Positions 60,204 through 64,000 of a stretch of 64,000 nucleotides of DNA are shown here, one piece after another; the stretch's first letter is position 1; each line of letters opens with the position of its first letter. The DNA comes from Hormiphora californensis (Eukaryota > Animalia > Ctenophora), in contig CM035357.1 in the NCBI GenBank assembly GCA_020137815.1, positions 1,922,001-1,986,000 on the forward strand, written 5' to 3'. Position numbers and translations under genes: made by a program. Below the pieces are notes generated by a model. That model did not search any database, had not been told where the DNA came from, and worked only from the letters and a program-made list of their open reading frames with translations.

Positions 60204-61768
60204 CAAGGTGGGCCACGGATTGTTGGTAAGGGTTAGCGAGTTGTCCCGTCAAAACGGTGATAGTTGCGAGAATAAAAATCATGGGAGCACTCTGGATCAA
60301 TTTCTTGGTAACTTTCTCCATAATTTTTTGTCAAAAATTCGAAAATTCATTTTTCATTCCTTCATTCATTTCTCGTTCATTTATGATGTGAGCATCCTAA
60401 TTTTCCATCATGGTGCTATTTTTCTTTGGCTTGAATTTATCTTTCCAACGAACACCATAAAAATGAAATTGAAGCACCAGGTCACGTTGCAGTTGAGAAA
60501 ATGCTCATGCATGATTTTGGCTCTTCCTGCGACTTTCAATGAGCTGTATCACGGCTCCCTTTTGTTCAATCTTTTTCAAAATTTGGGTGAACATTGGATA
60601 AACAAAGATCTTTGCTCACAAGAAAAATCAAGGTCAAAACTCAAAGTTCATTTTTCATTTTTGGTAGTTCATTCCACTTATGCAGGAACTAACATCCCTA
60701 AAGTCATGAAAAGTTTTGGGTTTTGTTTGGCCTATGCTCTGCAATGCCAGAGAGGTGTAGTAGCGTGTTTCCGGGCTAGTTTTTGGGTGTCCATGTGATC
60801 ATGATGATATCTGACACCTTATTTGGGCCATAATTAAGCGATTTTCTCAAGTTGAAGCATGTGACTTGGGTTTTCTGTGATTGATATCGTGAAACAATGT
60901 TATGGGATCCCATAGCACCCCTAAAATGATGATTAATTCAACAAAATGAGTTGATTTATGATCGAAATTGTTCGTTTAGTTGAGTTTGTCTTCGGTTTGA
61001 ATCTTTTCAATAATAAATCAACTCATTTTGTTGAATTAATCATCATTTTAGGGGTGCTATGGGATCCCATAACATTGTTTCACGATATCAATCACAGAAA
61101 ACCCAAGTCACATGCTTCAACTTGAGAAAATCTCTTAATTATGGCCCAAATAAGGTGTCAGGTATCATCATGATCACATGGACGCCCAAAAACTAGCCCG
61201 GAAACACGCTACTACACCTCTCTGGCATTGCAGAGCATAGGCCAAACAAAACCCAAAACTTTTCATGACTTTAGGGATGTTAGTTCCTGAATGAGTGGAA
61301 TGAACTACCAAAAATGAAAAATGAACTTTGAGTTTTGACCTTGATTTTTCTTGTGAGCAAAGATCTTTGTTTATCCAATGTTCTCCCAAATTTTGAAAAA
61401 GATTGAACAAAAGGGAGCCGTGATACAGCTCATTGAAAGTCGCAGGAAGAGCCAAAATCATGCATGAGCATTTTCTCAACTGCAACGTGACCTGGTGCTT
61501 CAATTTCATTTTTATGGTGTTCGTTGGAAAGATAAATTCAAGCCAAAGAAAAATAGCACCATGATGGAAAATTAGGATGCTCACATCATAAATGAACGAG
61601 AAATGAATGAAGGAATGAAAAATGAATTTTCGAATTTTTGACAAAAAATTATGGAGAAAGTTACCAAGAAATTGATCCAGAGTGCTCCCATGATTTTTAT
61701 TCTCGCAACTATCACCGTTTTGACGGGACAACTCGCTAACCCTTACCAACAATCCGTGGCCCACCTTG
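60204..61768. mobile_element. 1.57-kb foldback element: about 755-bp near-identical inverted arms, about 50-bp spacer, TA-flanked (Tc1/mariner-like)
   Basis: TA|CAAGGTGGGCCACGG ... CCGTGGCCCACCTTG|TA; mirror-image ORFs 60163+ and 61764- differ at only a few residues. Confidence 0.93.
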
Positions 61769-61983
61769 TATATAATAGTCAGCCACTACAACAAAGGGCA
61801 CATAGTCACTGCTGCTATGGGGGAATTAAAAGTTGTGAGAGGCAGAGCTGTATTGTAGATGGATGGGTTATCACTTGTCGGATAGTATCTGACAGTGAAA
61901 GGGAATGTCAAATTGTCAAGAAATATCCTATATTCCCATATACGGTGGGGCATTGTATCAAGCACCATCTTTCAAACTTCAAG

Positions 61984-62055
61984 GATGTGGTTACCATGGT
62001 TACCACATTGTGGTACAAAGATGTGGTTACCATGGTTACCACATTGTGGTACAAA
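61984..62055. repeat. 36-bp tandem duplication containing GTTACCATGGTTACC
   Basis: GATGTGGTTACCATGGTTACCACATTGTGGTACAAA occurs twice. Confidence 0.8.
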
Positions 62056-63063
62056 GGGGAAGCTGTAAAAACCTCAGTAAAGGGAAGGCGTCAAACAATG
62101 AGAGAAACCATGACAGTAACTACAGTGTTTGAGATCAAATTATGAATCTACCAGAGCGCTCTCGACCACACTGACCATTTACTTCTCTCTTTCATTCTTC
62201 TCTCTATCTTTTTTAGTTTCTCTTTTTTTGTAAAGAACGTCACTCTCAAGTCTCACTTGTTATGTTCTAACTCTCCTTTACAATTTTGGGACGCGGTGAT
62301 TATTGATCTACCAAAATACAATTTTATAACATAAAGTGACGGTGAGCCACACAAGGTGATTAGTGATAGAGGATCGAGAGCAAGGCAACTTTCTCACTGA
62401 ATCTAAGAAAAAGAAGAAAAAGGGCCATGTAAAGATGACACAGATCAAAAAGATATGACCGACTGAAAATGTGTAACACCGTTACAACATTACTTTTGTT
62501 GGGGGTCTACTACAGTTAACAAGCTCTGATTTCTCTCACCATCCATTTTCCTTCTCTCCTGCTGCTGTCTCTTTCTCTATCTCTCGCACTCTCTCTATCT
62601 TTATCGCTCTCTTCTACTGGTAACAAAGTAATATACTTGGCGGTATCACAAAGACATGAACTACCAGTTACCACCATTAGACAAGCATATCATGATCATC
62701 GATATCGGTTAGATTATCGGTATCTACCGGTCCGATACATATCCAATGCTAGTGTGTGGACCATTGCAATCCAAATTAGAGCTCTACCGTAAGTGACACA
62801 GGAGTTTAGTTTTGTCATTATATACGGTTCAATACATATCGGTAGAATATAATGATCTATATCAGACGGTGTCTCACAAGGGACTGATCTCTCCGAACCA
62901 GATGGGGAATAGGAAGGAATAGTGAACGGACTAACGGACGGCCACAATTCCAGCCATAAACAATCGCAATATATAATACCATATTGTATGAGGGAAATTA
63001 TTACAGATTACTAACTAAATAGTAATACACGACAAGCATAGACTAGACTTAGGATTTCCAGGT

Positions 63064-63065
63064 GA

Positions 63066-63123
<58 letters not shown>

Positions 63124-63138
63124 GAGATAGAGAGAGAT

Positions 63139-63201
<63 letters not shown>

Positions 63202-63216
63202 GAGATAGAGAGAGAT

Positions 63217-63285
<69 letters not shown>

Positions 63286-63333
63286 AAGAGAGAGAGAGAG
63301 AGAGAGAGAGGAGAGGGGGGGAGAAAGAGAGAA
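63064..63333. repeat. Compound (GA)n microsatellite
   Basis: direct inspection. Confidence 0.96.
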
Positions 63334-64000
63334 AGTAAGATATAAAGATAGAGCGAATGGTACAGTTTAAAACCAACTGCTACTTTATACGCATTGTTAT
63401 CTCTGTGTGTGCACGAGCGGAGAGGTACTTGAGAGAGTGACAATGGAGAAGGGAAGTGTGAAAATCTGTAAAACAGGAGCCTGGGAATTGGTCAAGTATC
63501 AAACTTTGATTCAAAGGGAGAGAGAGCAGGGAAGGAGCAGGGGGGGGGGGGGAGAGCATGGAGGAGAGAGCAGGGGAGAGCATGGGGACAATCTATCTAT
63601 GTGAGCATTTATTAAACATGGCCTAACTAATAGTTAACTAGGCTGGTAGTACTTACATGTTGGGTGACGTAGTAAAACCGAATTGCTCATCATCTCATGT
63701 TGTTTGTTGCACCTTCACTCCACTATCCATTGTACTTTGCTCATGCTTCACATTATATTTTGGTCGTATCGCGTTGATCTACCGTACCCATGACGGTCTG
63801 AGCCGCACAAATACCACATCCTCCAACTGCCATCTTCCATGTTTGAGATTTAGCTATAACATAGGCATGTTAGGAATTTTAAGTAACAGTACAATAAATG
63901 GGGATAGGGGTTGAGAATTTGGAACTTATCTACCAATTAAAACATCCAAGTTTCAAATAAAATTAAACTGAAAAACAACTTAAAAACATTAAAATAGGAC

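Noticed and set aside
60163-61764. Two 200-aa mirror ORFs in the foldback
   Set aside because: No transposase or other motif, non-ATG starts; they are a by-product of the inverted arms

Overview
Repeat-rich eukaryotic (animal) genomic DNA with many short GT-AG introns, microsatellites and MITEs. The repeat content and GPCR types suggest a ctenophore, possibly Pleurobrachia-like; this is inference from memory, not a database hit. Host genes supported by hand-spliced, phase-consistent models: a class C GPCR, an intronless class A GPCR, two tandem secreted SUEL-lectin-like genes, a secreted unknown, COMMD9, a disrupted double-F-box/LRR gene, BLOC1S2, a CEP63/DEUP1-family gene, ARF6 (3' exons only), a cathepsin L-like protease with a C-terminal ShK domain, an 11-knuckle CNBP-like gene and two unknown multi-exon genes. 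Mobile DNA: a near-intact L2-group LINE, an RNase H-bearing LINE remnant, an ORF1-only LINE derivative, a CRE-type fragment, a 1.57-kb foldback and many MITE families. Most notable: (1) a decayed Polinton/Maverick-type DNA polymerase B split by three in-phase spliceosomal introns and flanked by RING-finger remnants; (2) a spliced-leader-like sequence plus GNRA hairpin just upstream of LINE ORF1; (3) a tight co-oriented gene run with splice acceptors just before the ATGs (candidate operon); (4) a CLEAR-like E-box cluster upstream of the cathepsin-ShK gene. All assignments are by eye; no searches were run.
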